Below, one piece after another: positions 12,015-21,379 of a DNA stretch of 64,000 nt. The stretch comes from Planctomycetota bacterium (GTDB taxonomy: Bacteria > Planctomycetota > UBA1135 > UBA2386). Within the stretch, counting starts at the first letter, position 1; each line of letters starts with the position of its first letter. The translations under genes and the position numbers were made by a program. Location: assembly GCA_965223545.1 (NCBI GenBank), contig OZ245006.1:7520001-7584000 (forward strand), written 5' to 3'. Under the pieces are notes generated by a model that had not been told where the DNA came from, did not search any database, and saw only the letters and a list, made by a program, of their open reading frames with translations.

Positions 12015-13112
12015 TCACGTCTGCAGGCAGAGGACCGGGATCCGCCCGGAGTACGAGCTGCCGGTGGTGGCGCCGAGGTCCGTGCTCTCGACCCAGCCGA
12101 TGTCCCAACGCGGCAGCGACGCGCCGAGCTGCAGGTGGATGGCGTTCGAAGTCGACCAGCCGAGCGCGTTCTCGGTGGCGTCCGACAGTGCCCACTGCAC
12201 GAACAGCGGAATGTTGGCGAGCGCCGGAGTCGCGGGAATCGGCGCGCGCACGGTGGCCAGGCCGTTGCGCGGTCCGAGGGGCTGCAGGGCTGTGGGAATC
12301 GAGATCTGGCCACTCGTCAACAGCCAGCAGCCGGGGGCGCCGAGTGGCCCCATCTCGTACGGCAGCCGCAGCGGGCCGAGCGCCGTGCGGTTGGTGCCGA
12401 TCATGCACAGCACCGGGGCGGGCGTGGGGCGCGGTCCCGACAGGCTCAGAGTCGCCGTGCTGCCGAGCGCCAGCAGCGCGGTGTCCGCGGTTGCCGGCTC
12501 GGTGCCCATGTTGGTCATGCAGCTGGTGCCGTACGACGTCGCCGCGCCGCGCTCGGGCTGCACCACCGCGTCGATCGGCCACCAAGGCGTCGGTGCGGTC
12601 GGGTCGGTGGTGGTGATCGTCTCGATGCACAGCGTCCCGCCCAGGTACGCAAACGGCGTGTCCAGCGGAATGTCCACGGCAAACGGCGCGACCCATGGTG
12701 CCGGCGCGGTCGTCGGTTGTGGCACGTCGGGCAGGGTCAGCCAGCCGGCGAACACCTGTTGGTGGTCGGCGCCGCGGTTGCCGGCGAATGCCGCCTGTGG
12801 TGCGCTCGCCGCGCGGCTCGTGTGCGACATCCAAACCTCGACGTGCAAGCGGCCGCCGCGGTGGCGGTCGCCGGCGGCGTTGCGACGCACCGACAGGGTG
12901 AGGATGGGTTGGTTTACGATCTGGCCCAGATGGCGCGCGTCGAGCAAGAGCTGACGCCGCGCGTCGAAGGGCGAGAGTGCCCAGAACACGAGCCCGTCGC
13001 CCTCGACGTTGGTGTTCGCCGCCGGCACGGTGACCTGTGGCCGTTGTTGCGCCGCCAAGGGAGCCAGGCCGGCGGCGGCGGCGAGCAGCAGGTCTACGGT
13101 CCGAAATCGCAT
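12015..13112 (-). CDS. Secreted protein of unknown function with shared C-terminal domain
   Basis: Signal peptide ending LAPLAAQ; C-terminal TSYGTSC...GCWL...VQW...TSNAIHLQL module. Confidence 0.7.
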   Translation of the reverse strand: MRFRTVDLLLAAAAGLAPLAAQQRPQVTVPAANTNVEGDGLVFWALSPFDARRQLLLDARHLGQIVNQPILTLSVRRNAAGDRHRGGRLHVEVWMSHTSRAASAPQAAFAGNRGADHQQVFAGWLTLPDVPQPTTAPAPWVAPFAVDIPLDTPFAYLGGTLCIETITTTDPTAPTPWWPIDAVVQPERGAATSYGTSCMTNMGTEPATADTALLALGSTATLSLSGPRPTPAPVLCMIGTNRTALGPLRLPYEMGPLGAPGCWLLTSGQISIPTALQPLGPRNGLATVRAPIPATPALANIPLFVQWALSDATENALGWSTSNAIHLQLGASLPRWDIGWVESTDLGATTGSSYSGRIPVLCLQT

Positions 13113-13124
13113 GGCGAACGTTCT

Positions 13125-13385
13125 CTACTTGCCCTCGGTGGAAACGATGTAGCGGTGGAGGTAGCCCGGGGCGCCCTGCTGGTCCGACAGCACGAGCTCG
13201 CCTCCCGATGGAACCGGGTCGATCACGAAGTTGCCGTCCTTGTCGGGATCGACGGAGACCCCGTCTTCGCCGTCGACCTGCCACTCGACCGAGTCGGCCG
13301 GCCCGACGTAGGTGACCGTGGCGGTCTCCCCGGCCACCGGCGGGTCGGGCTCGATGCTGAAGCGGCTGCCGTCGGCGAGCACCAC
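13125..13385 (-). CDS. Small Ig-like beta-sandwich protein
   Basis: SIEPDPPVAGETATVTY...VEWQVDG pattern; packed 2-12 bp from same-strand neighbours. Confidence 0.55.
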   Translation of the reverse strand: MVLADGSRFSIEPDPPVAGETATVTYVGPADSVEWQVDGEDGVSVDPDKDGNFVIDPVPSGGELVLSDQQGAPGYLHRYIVSTEGK

Positions 13386-13387
13386 GT

Positions 13388-13993
13388 CTACCGAACCTCC
13401 CGGGTGCGCACGCGCGCCTGTGCTGCGTGCAGGGCAGTGCGGGTGTCGGGCAGCAGGGGAGCCGCGCTGGGCATCGGCCCGAACGTCGCCAGCTCCTCGA
13501 CGGCCCCCAGGCGGGCGAGGCTGCGCGCCGCCACGGCGCCCGCCGCGTCCGCGTGCGCCAGCTGCGGGCGCTGCAACACGCCGCGCAAGAGGCGGGCGAA
13601 GAGGGGAATCAGCTCGGTGGCGGTGCGGTCGCGCATCGACACGCGTTCGAGCTCACCGGACCAGTGGATCAAGTCCGCCAAGGGCGCCGAGCGCAGCGAC
13701 TGCGCCCATGCCAGGCTGCCGATCGCGGGGGGTGCCGCCGGCTCGCGCGGCGGGCGGGGTGTCGTGGCCGCGCGCGTGCCGGCCAGAGCTCCACCGCCGA
13801 AGGCTCCGGTGGCCGCTCCCGCGGCGAAGCCGACCGCGGCGATCAGCCACGCTCGCCGGCTGTGGGGGGCGCCGGCTTCGAGCTGCTGGCGCGTCCACTG
13901 ACCGCGGCGGTAGTTGTCTTTGCCACCGGTCGGAAAGGAGCCTGTATGCATGGGGAGCGCCGTGATGATAGCGCTGGGAGACGGGTTCTGCAC
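13388..13993 (-). CDS. Hypothetical protein with single hydrophobic/Tat-like segment and helical C-terminus
   Basis: SRRAWLIAAVGFAAGAATG segment; in-operon position; start uncertain. Confidence 0.45.
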   Translation of the reverse strand: MQNPSPSAIITALPMHTGSFPTGGKDNYRRGQWTRQQLEAGAPHSRRAWLIAAVGFAAGAATGAFGGGALAGTRAATTPRPPREPAAPPAIGSLAWAQSLRSAPLADLIHWSGELERVSMRDRTATELIPLFARLLRGVLQRPQLAHADAAGAVAARSLARLGAVEELATFGPMPSAAPLLPDTRTALHAAQARVRTREVR

Positions 13994-14017
13994 TGCCCGC
14001 CGGCGTCCGCGCGGTGG

Positions 14018-14884
14018 TCAACGGTGGGCGGCACGGCGCAGCTGCTCGTCGTCGGGGTGCCGGGCGAGTCCCTCGGCGCGCACCGAGGCCGCCTTCTCGG
14101 CGTTCCCCGTTTGCTCGTAGAGGTTGGCGAGATAGACGTAGGTCTGCGCTTGCCGCGGGCCTCGGCCCATGGTGCGCTGTTGCTCGACCAGCACCTCGAA
14201 GTGGCGGATCGCCTCGGCGCGAACTCCCGATGCCGCGGGCCAGTGGGCCAGGCCCTCCGCCTTGCGAAAGCGGGCCCGCCAGCTGGTCGGGTCGAGCTCG
14301 AGCGCCTCGCTGAAGGCGGTGTCGGCGGCTTCGCCGAGTTGCCGGCGCTGGTCGGGACTCGACGTCCGGAGCAGCTGCTGCACCAGCGCCTGGCCGAGAT
14401 CGACGCGGGCCTCGGCCGAGGCCGGCGCAGCCGCGGCACGCGTCCGCAGCTCCTCGACCGCCAGATCGAGCGCTCCGGCGTCTGCGAGCTGCTGCCAGAT
14501 GGCTTGGGCCGCGGCGTCGTCGGGGGCTGCCGAGAGGTCGGCGAGCGCGCGCTGCAGCAGCCCGTCGTCGGCCGGCGGCGGCGCTGCTCCTCGGAGTTCG
14601 GTGACGTGCTCGGCGACCAGGTGGCGGACGAGCGCCTCGAGGTCCGGAGTTGCCGTCACTGCGGTGCGGCGTGGAGCGGCGGGGTCTGCCGGCACGGGCA
14701 TGGACCGTTGCTCGAGGCGATGCTCCAGGGTTGCTACCCGCTCGCCGAGTGCCCGCAGCTGGCGCTCGAAATCCTCGCTGCGGGGTGATCGGTCGGGATC
14801 GGTGCGCCGGTCGCCGAGCCAGACGGCGAGCAGCACCACGCCGAGAGCGGCTCCGATCGCGATCAAGGTCCCGCCGCGACTCAT
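14018..14884 (-). CDS. Membrane-anchored TPR-repeat protein
   Basis: N-terminal TM helix, coiled coil, then TPR-like AEARVDLGQAL, FSEALELDP, YVYLANLYEQTGNAEKA; ATGA overlap with upstream gene. Confidence 0.75.
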   Translation of the reverse strand: MSRGGTLIAIGAALGVVLLAVWLGDRRTDPDRSPRSEDFERQLRALGERVATLEHRLEQRSMPVPADPAAPRRTAVTATPDLEALVRHLVAEHVTELRGAAPPPADDGLLQRALADLSAAPDDAAAQAIWQQLADAGALDLAVEELRTRAAAAPASAEARVDLGQALVQQLLRTSSPDQRRQLGEAADTAFSEALELDPTSWRARFRKAEGLAHWPAASGVRAEAIRHFEVLVEQQRTMGRGPRQAQTYVYLANLYEQTGNAEKAASVRAEGLARHPDDEQLRRAAHR

Positions 14885-17403
14885 TGGATCGTGACCACCA
14901 GGGTGGCGCTAGCGCTGGCGTTGCCGGTCGGACCGCAGCCGGCCGGGTTGAGCCAGACCGCTTGTGCGTAGGCGCGGGCGCCACTGCTCACGTTGGTCAG
15001 CGGAACCGGCAACCGCGCTTCACCGTCGGCGGTCGACAGTGCCGGCAGCAGCACCAGCGGTGCCGTCGGGTCCAAGTAAAGCGTGGCGCCGAGCAGGGGC
15101 AGGCCGGTTGGAATCGCGCGACCCCCGAGCAGGATCGCGCCGGCCGCGTTGGCGGGGGCGTTGCTCGCGAACAGGGCGAAGCGGGACTCGCCGGCAGCGG
15201 GGCAGCGTGTCCCCCCGAGCGCCGGTGCCCCGACGCAAGATGGTGTCGCGCTGCCGAGCGAGGTGAGTCCACAGCTCGCGAGGTCGATCTGGGTGGCGAA
15301 ACCGTCCGCGGTGCCGCGCAGTGTTTGGCCGACAGCTCCGGCGGTCGTCGGGAAGTCCGAGGAGCCGGTGACTCCAGCCAAGACCACCCGGCGCTCGCCG
15401 TCGGCGGCGAGGCCCTCGCCGCCGTCGCTGCCTCCGCCACCGAGGTAGGTCGAGTACAGCACGGCACTGCCATCCGGGCTGATGCGTGCCACGAAGCCGT
15501 CCGCGGACCCTCTGGCCGCAGCCTGCACTGCGCCCTGGGTCGACGGCAGATCGCTGGACGAAGTCTGCCCGCCGATCAGGACTGCGCCGGTGCGTTCCAA
15601 CGCGGTGCCCTTCGGGACATCGCCGCTGCCCCCGCCGAACAGCGTGGAGAAGAGCATTCGTTGACCATCGGCGCTGAGTTTGGTGACGAATGCATCCGAC
15701 GAGCCCTGGGCTGTCGACGAGTACGCCCCCGCCGTCGTCGGGAAGTCATTGGAGGCCGAAACACCGGTGACGATGACGGCACCACCATCTTCGGTGGCGA
15801 GTGCCTCGGCGACGTCACCGCTGGCGCCACCCAGCAGGGTCGCGAACACGGCGGCGTCGCCGCTCGGAGTCAGCCGCACCACGAAGGCGTCCGAGGTGCC
15901 GAGCTGCGTGTTCTGTACGACGCCCGCCGTGGTCGGGAAGTCTCCCGAGGATGTCGTGCCGGCGACCACGACGTGGCCGCCGGCGTCGACGGCGACTGCT
16001 TGCGCGACGTCGCCGCTACGGCCGCCGAGCAGCGTGCTGAAAACCAGGCTGGTGCCGTCGGCGGCGAGCAGCGTGGCGAACGCGTCGGAGGTGCCGGCCG
16101 GTGCGGTGCCGAACGCGCCAGCGGTGCGCGGAAAATCGCTCGACGAAGTCACGCCGGCGACGGCGGCACGGCCGCGGTCGTCGAGGGCGACCCCGTGCGC
16201 CACATCGCCGGCAGAGCCGCCCAGAAACGTGGAGAAGCGCAGGGTGCTCCCGTCCGCCGATAGCTTGGTGACGAAGCAATCCGAGCGGCCGCTGAGCCGG
16301 CGTGAGTGCGCGCCGGCCGTGGTCGGAAAGTTGGTGGACTGTGTATTGCCGGCGACCACGACGTCGCCGTTTGCGTCGATGGACACGCCGTAGGGCTTGT
16401 CGCCCGAGCTGCCACCCAGGTAGGTGCCAAACCGCAGTCCCGTCCCGCTCGGGTCGAAGGATGCAATGAACACGTCGGCGGTGGGAGCGCCGAAGCCGTT
16501 GTAGGTCGGGTCGAAGACTCCGGCGGTGACCGGGAAGTTGCTCGATGCGGTCTCGCCGCAGACCACGGTGTCGTCAGCCGCCGAGCGGGCGACATCGATG
16601 GCGAATTCGTAGCTCGAGCCACCGAGGAACGAAGACCAGTCGATGCCGGGGTCGATCACCGTCGGGTGTCCGCGGTCGTAGTCGGGCAGCTCAAAGCCGT
16701 AGGCGGCTTCGCCGAGCCGCCGGTAGCGACAGGTGATGGGCATCCGTCTGCCGTCCACGACCTGCCACGTCTTTGGCCGGGGCTGGCGCAGCGGCCCAAA
16801 CGCCGTCGACAGCTGCAAGTCGCCGCCGCCGTCGACGGAAAGGTCGCCCGCGCCCTGGACGTCGATGGCGATGCGCGAGGGATCGGCGCCGGCGGCCAGC
16901 AGCAAGTCGTAGCCGAGCGTGCCATCGCGCACCCAGAGCTGTAGATCGACGCCGGGGTACAGTTGGCGGTAGCGCACGCTGTGGTGGGCGGGGACGCCGA
17001 CGTGATGGTCGCTGGCCTGCTCGCCGAGCAAGAAGTGGCGCACGCCGGCATCGCCTTCGCCGACCAGTTCGGCTGCTGGATCGGCGCCGCGGAACCGCAG
17101 GCGCACGACGTTGCGCATTGGGCCTCGGTCCGGCCCGATGTACCGTTGGAAGTCGAGTGCGATGGCGTCGCGCTCGACCCAAACCAGCGCCCCCGCAACC
17201 TCGCCCCGGAATCGGACGGTGGCCGGCCACTGGCCGTGGTTGGCGGTGAATCCACGCGGAAAGACCGCGGGTGCCCGCGCCGATGGGGCGGGAGTGGACG
17301 GCCGAGCAGCACTGGTTGGCCGTAGGTCGGTTTGCGTGGCACAAGAACCGAGCGCCAGCAGTGCGGCAATCGCCAGGGGACGGGAGTGGTGGTTCCGGTT
17401 CAT
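14881..17403 (-). CDS. Secreted/lipoprotein SBBP-repeat (seven-bladed beta-propeller) protein with shared C-terminal domain
   Basis: FTANHGQW, VRYRQLYPGVDL, VIDP, then about six FSTxLGGxxGD...GxTxSxDFPTTAGA...DAFVTKL repeats; lipobox-like LALGSC. Confidence 0.88.
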   Translation of the reverse strand: MNRNHHSRPLAIAALLALGSCATQTDLRPTSAARPSTPAPSARAPAVFPRGFTANHGQWPATVRFRGEVAGALVWVERDAIALDFQRYIGPDRGPMRNVVRLRFRGADPAAELVGEGDAGVRHFLLGEQASDHHVGVPAHHSVRYRQLYPGVDLQLWVRDGTLGYDLLLAAGADPSRIAIDVQGAGDLSVDGGGDLQLSTAFGPLRQPRPKTWQVVDGRRMPITCRYRRLGEAAYGFELPDYDRGHPTVIDPGIDWSSFLGGSSYEFAIDVARSAADDTVVCGETASSNFPVTAGVFDPTYNGFGAPTADVFIASFDPSGTGLRFGTYLGGSSGDKPYGVSIDANGDVVVAGNTQSTNFPTTAGAHSRRLSGRSDCFVTKLSADGSTLRFSTFLGGSAGDVAHGVALDDRGRAAVAGVTSSSDFPRTAGAFGTAPAGTSDAFATLLAADGTSLVFSTLLGGRSGDVAQAVAVDAGGHVVVAGTTSSGDFPTTAGVVQNTQLGTSDAFVVRLTPSGDAAVFATLLGGASGDVAEALATEDGGAVIVTGVSASNDFPTTAGAYSSTAQGSSDAFVTKLSADGQRMLFSTLFGGGSGDVPKGTALERTGAVLIGGQTSSSDLPSTQGAVQAAARGSADGFVARISPDGSAVLYSTYLGGGGSDGGEGLAADGERRVVLAGVTGSSDFPTTAGAVGQTLRGTADGFATQIDLASCGLTSLGSATPSCVGAPALGGTRCPAAGESRFALFASNAPANAAGAILLGGRAIPTGLPLLGATLYLDPTAPLVLLPALSTADGEARLPVPLTNVSSGARAYAQAVWLNPAGCGPTGNASASATLVVTIQ

Positions 17404-20147
17404 GATTGGCTCACGGTTGGAGAGGTTCGTTCGCGTCGGCGGCTGCGCGTCAGCGCGGCGAAGAAGGACACCGTAGCGAGCGCGAGCAACACCAAGACGA
17501 TGGTCATCGCCGAGGACCAGTCGCCGCCGGCGACCGGCGGCGAGCCCGCGGCAGGCGTCGCGGCGAACATCGCCGCGACCGCTTGGTAGGCGGCCTTGGG
17601 CCGCCGCTCGCCAGTGACCAAGCCGTAATGTTCCTCGGGGTCCTCGTCGTGCTGCAAGTGATCGTCATCGACCGTCGTGCGGTCCCACCACGCGCCGTGC
17701 AGCTGCGGATTCGAGTAGTTCTTCCACCACTCGTCGGCAAACTCGAACACGAAGCCACCGCACGCGCCGGCGGCGTTGAGTCCGGTCCAGCATTCGGTCG
17801 TCCGTTGCGCTTGCCCGTCTTCTCCGGCCTCCATGCTGTTGACGCCGAACTCGGTGATCAACAGCGGCCGGTCGCCGGCGATCGGCTGCAGCACTTTGCT
17901 GATGAAGTTGCCGTAGCCCATCGCGACGACCTCCGGTGGCCACAGCGGATAGAGGTTGAAGGCGCAGACGTCGAGGAACGACAGATCGAGCGTGCGCGTG
18001 TTGGGCCAGTTGGCGTGCGTGACGAAGTGCCTGCTGTCGCGGGCGCGAATTTCGTCGTACAGGCCGCGCAGTACGCCTTCGACTTTCGCGGTGCCGTGCT
18101 GCACCACGATCCACGGTGGGATCTCGTGCCCCAGCATCCAGCCGAGCACCGCAGGGTGGTCGTGCAGCGCTTCGACGCGATCGAGCAGCGCCTGCTGTTG
18201 CCCGGCAAACGCGTCGTTACCGAGCTGAGGCCAGTCGAGCCAGCCGGCGACGAGCACGCGCAACTGATGTCTCCATGCGACGTCGAGCAGGGTGCGTGGC
18301 GGATCGTAGGCCAGCACGGTGTTCGCGCCGAGGGCGGCGATCATGGCGAGGTCTTCGGCCAGCTCTTCCTCGCTTGGGAACGGCGAGCGGCCGGGCCCGG
18401 TGCCCGGTCGCCAGGGACCGTAGTGCACCCCCTTGACCTTGTAGGGAGCGTCTTCGAGGGCGAGCGTCTTGCCGGTGACGCGGACCGCCGGGGGGTCTTG
18501 TGGCGGCACACTGCCGAGGCCGGGAAGCACGAGGAGCGCGGCGCCGAGGGCGCTGGCCGTGGCGAGCGGTGCCCAGCGTGGACGCAGGGGAGGCAGGTGG
18601 CGGTCGCGGTAGAGGACTGCCATGGTCGGGATGAACAGGAACTTCGCCGCAATCACCACGGTGAGGGGAGACCACAGCAGCATGGGAAACCACAGCAGGG
18701 GCACCAACAGCAGGGCGGCGCCGAAGCCGGCCTCCCACAGCAGTGCAGGGTCGAGTCCGTTGTCGGCGATCCCGTTGGTCGGCACCCAGCGGCGCTCGCG
18801 GCGGGACAGGCCGTGGAGGCTGCCGCGTGCGGTCGGGAAATCGGTGGCGCCGTAGCCCAGCCAACACGTGCAGATGAACGCGGGGAGTTCGCGGAGCCGG
18901 CCGTGGCGCAGCGAGAACGCGATCACCGGCAAGAAAATCAGGACCGGGATGACGCTGCCCGCGATCAGAGTCGTGCGCAGATCGAAGTGAGTGTCGCGCA
19001 GCACGAACGGGCCGAGCAGGTAGAGGGCGCACACATACCCCAGCAGCACGGTTTGCAGGGTGTAGAAGCCCGTGAAGTGCAACAGACCCCATTTTTCCGC
19101 GAAGCGGAGCCGGTTGGTCGTGAGGATCGTCCAAAGGTGCCGGCGGAGCACTTGCATGCTCCCGAGCGCCCACTTGTACGTGCGAATGCGGAACGCCGCG
19201 TACGAAGGCGGGTGCCTTTCGCCGAACGGCACATCGCTCGCGTACGCGACGCGGTAGCCCGCGAGGTTGAGTCGCACCGTGAGGTCGATGTCGTCGGCGA
19301 AGCAGCCGGGCGTGTAGCCACCGACAGCGCGCACGGCTTCGTTGCGCAGTAGCCCGTTGTGGCCGACGAACGGGGTCCAACCGTGGCGCTGGGCCACCGA
19401 GAGAAACAGGTGGAAGACGTCGATCGCGCGCGACAGCACGCGGTTGACGCCGCAGTGGCTGGCGTCGGCGACCGACACGTTGCGCGCTTGCGCGATCGCG
19501 ATCGACGGATCGCGCAGCCGCTCGAGCAAGCGGTGGATGCAGTCCGGATCGACTGCCACCGAGTCGTTGTCGCAGATGAGCGTGAAATCGGCGATGCCCT
19601 CGAGCTCGCCCAGCACGTAGTTCAGGGCACCGGGTTTGCCGCCGGTCTTCTCTGGCCTGTTCAGAAGCAGTAGCTCGAAGCGCGGGTCGGCTTCCAGGCT
19701 CGGCCGCAGTCGGTCGACGGCGGGGTCGCCTCCGGCGAGGTCGTCGTGGAGTACGAGGAGGAGGCGCCCCGGTGCCCTGAGGCCGCGCAGGCTTTCGAGC
19801 GCCTGGTGATCGAGGTCGCCGCAGCACAGATAGACCACCGCCACGGTCGGAGTGGGTGTGTCGGGCTCGCGTGGTTCAGCGGGCGTGCCCGCGGTATCCG
19901 CACCGCGGCGCTGGAACAGGTAGACCAGTGCGACCATCGCCATGGTCGCCGCCGGAAAGCTGAAGACGATCTCGGCCGTCAGCTTTCCGTACAACAGCAG
20001 GCTCTCCAGGCCGTTGCGAGGGTCCGAGAGGTAGGCGGGCAGTACCGTCGCGGCGTAGCACGCGCTAAACGTCGTTGCGAGGAGAACTGCCGCGATGGCG
20101 ACGCGGTTGCTCGGCAACGGCGCACTGCCGCCGAGGCGATCGGGCAT
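17400..20147 (-). CDS. GT2 (cellulose-synthase-like) glycosyltransferase fused to C-terminal GH-A clan TIM-barrel domain
   Basis: GGKPGALN, ICDND, AQAR, GHNGLLR, ADDIDL, multiple TM helices; then VKGVHYGP, LGANTV, WMLGHE, ITEFG, FEFADEWWK, EEHYGLV. Confidence 0.85.
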   Translation of the reverse strand: MPDRLGGSAPLPSNRVAIAAVLLATTFSACYAATVLPAYLSDPRNGLESLLLYGKLTAEIVFSFPAATMAMVALVYLFQRRGADTAGTPAEPREPDTPTPTVAVVYLCCGDLDHQALESLRGLRAPGRLLLVLHDDLAGGDPAVDRLRPSLEADPRFELLLLNRPEKTGGKPGALNYVLGELEGIADFTLICDNDSVAVDPDCIHRLLERLRDPSIAIAQARNVSVADASHCGVNRVLSRAIDVFHLFLSVAQRHGWTPFVGHNGLLRNEAVRAVGGYTPGCFADDIDLTVRLNLAGYRVAYASDVPFGERHPPSYAAFRIRTYKWALGSMQVLRRHLWTILTTNRLRFAEKWGLLHFTGFYTLQTVLLGYVCALYLLGPFVLRDTHFDLRTTLIAGSVIPVLIFLPVIAFSLRHGRLRELPAFICTCWLGYGATDFPTARGSLHGLSRRERRWVPTNGIADNGLDPALLWEAGFGAALLLVPLLWFPMLLWSPLTVVIAAKFLFIPTMAVLYRDRHLPPLRPRWAPLATASALGAALLVLPGLGSVPPQDPPAVRVTGKTLALEDAPYKVKGVHYGPWRPGTGPGRSPFPSEEELAEDLAMIAALGANTVLAYDPPRTLLDVAWRHQLRVLVAGWLDWPQLGNDAFAGQQQALLDRVEALHDHPAVLGWMLGHEIPPWIVVQHGTAKVEGVLRGLYDEIRARDSRHFVTHANWPNTRTLDLSFLDVCAFNLYPLWPPEVVAMGYGNFISKVLQPIAGDRPLLITEFGVNSMEAGEDGQAQRTTECWTGLNAAGACGGFVFEFADEWWKNYSNPQLHGAWWDRTTVDDDHLQHDEDPEEHYGLVTGERRPKAAYQAVAAMFAATPAAGSPPVAGGDWSSAMTIVLVLLALATVSFFAALTRSRRRERTSPTVSQS

Positions 20148-20327
20148 GGATGCGAGGCTGAGGTGAGAGGTGGCCTCGCTTTATCGGTGCCTCCGTATGA
20201 TGTGTCAATTCAGGTGATCTCCCACGACTCTCGACCGAAAATTGGTGTTTATCCGTAGGCGCGGCGTGCGCGTTGCTCGGGAACCGCGCCTCTGTCGCAT
20301 GCCGACCTCGACCGTATGATTTGACCG

Positions 20328-21293
20328 ATGCGCTCCATCCTCGTCCTGAGCACGATGTCCGCCGCGGTGTTTGCCGCTACCGTCTACAGCTATCAGCGAG
20401 GGGCTTTGCCCGGTGCCACCGGCCAGGCCGGTACCGTGCCGGTGACCATCGCCCGCAATGGTCAGGGCTGTGGTCAGTGCCACACTCCGACCGCTGGTGC
20501 GCCGTTGCCGTCGTTGGATTTTGCCCCTCAGCAGCGATCTCTCGACCTGAGCCAGGCGATCCAGGTCACCGCGACCGCCAACGGTGGGGTGAACGGCACC
20601 CACGGCGGTTTCGTGGCGGAGGCGACGGCCGGCGCGTTCAGCGCCGGTACGACGAGCAAGATCGATGCGACCGGTGCGTTCATCACGCACCAGATCGCCG
20701 GGTTCGGGCGCACATGGCAGTTCGGCTACACCGCGCCGGCGACGCCGGGCGTGATCGAGATCTGGGCGGCGGGCAACACTGCCGATGGCGATGCCAGCGA
20801 GAACGGCGACAGCTGGGCGTTCCTCGGCGGCGCGCAGGCCAACTCGGCACCCACGCGGCTGTATGCCAACGCCGCTGGCGTCACCAACCTCGGCGATGGC
20901 TGCGTCGGTGGCTTCGGCCAGTGGCCCGTCCTCGGCGCGCCGCAGTCGCCGACGGTGGGCAACCCCACCTTCCGTTTGGAGTTGCACAGCGCGCCCCCCG
21001 CGACGGCCGCGATCTTCCTGCTGGGCACGACTCCGGTGTCGCTCAGCCTGACCCCGTTCGGCGTCGACAACTGCACGCTCTACACGCTGCCCAGCCTGCA
21101 GCTGACGATTCCGACCTCGCCGGGCGGCACCGCCGTCAACGGCGACGGCACCGCCGCGCTGCCGTTGCCGCTGCCGAACAACCCCGCCATCCGCGGCGTG
21201 ATGCTGCACGCCCAGGTCCTGGTCATCGATCCTGCCAGTGGCCGGCCGGCGAACGCGACCATGTCGAACGCGGTGACCATCACCGTCCTCTGA
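20328..21293 (+). CDS. Secreted Reeler-like protein with CxxCH motif and shared C-terminal domain
   Basis: Signal peptide; GCGQCH; Reeler-like ITH...WQFGYTAP...IWAAGNTADGD; C-terminal TNLGDGC...HAQ...MSNAVTITV. Confidence 0.7.
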   Translation: MRSILVLSTMSAAVFAATVYSYQRGALPGATGQAGTVPVTIARNGQGCGQCHTPTAGAPLPSLDFAPQQRSLDLSQAIQVTATANGGVNGTHGGFVAEATAGAFSAGTTSKIDATGAFITHQIAGFGRTWQFGYTAPATPGVIEIWAAGNTADGDASENGDSWAFLGGAQANSAPTRLYANAAGVTNLGDGCVGGFGQWPVLGAPQSPTVGNPTFRLELHSAPPATAAIFLLGTTPVSLSLTPFGVDNCTLYTLPSLQLTIPTSPGGTAVNGDGTAALPLPLPNNPAIRGVMLHAQVLVIDPASGRPANATMSNAVTITVL

Positions 21294-21321
21294 AGGTACG
21301 GAGCCTGGCTCCGTTCCATCA
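21291..21321. repeat. REP-like palindrome copy 1 (short loop)
   Basis: TGAAGGTACGGAGCC-T-GGCTCCGTTCCATCA; overlaps the stop codon of the upstream gene. Confidence 0.8.
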
Positions 21322-21353
21322 CCGACCGAAGGTCAACTTCAAGCCGGCGGTGA

Positions 21354-21375
21354 TGAAGGTACGGAGCCTGACCTG
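21354..21375. repeat. REP-like palindrome copy 2, left half (interrupted by IS110)
   Basis: TGAAGGTACGGAGCCTGACCTG, identical to the left arm and loop of the intact copy at 38335-38356. Confidence 0.85.
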
Positions 21376-21379
21376 AAAC

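Noticed and set aside
15280..16640. Recurrent ~190-bp DNA similarity (GTCGGGAAGTC-like motifs)
   Set aside because: These are the coding repeats of the SBBP propeller, not an independent repeat array.
21291..21375. Two GAAGGTACGGAGCCTG direct repeats with a spacer, as a possible mini-CRISPR
   Set aside because: Only two units, each an arm of a palindrome that recurs at 38327; no cas genes; better explained as REP-like elements.
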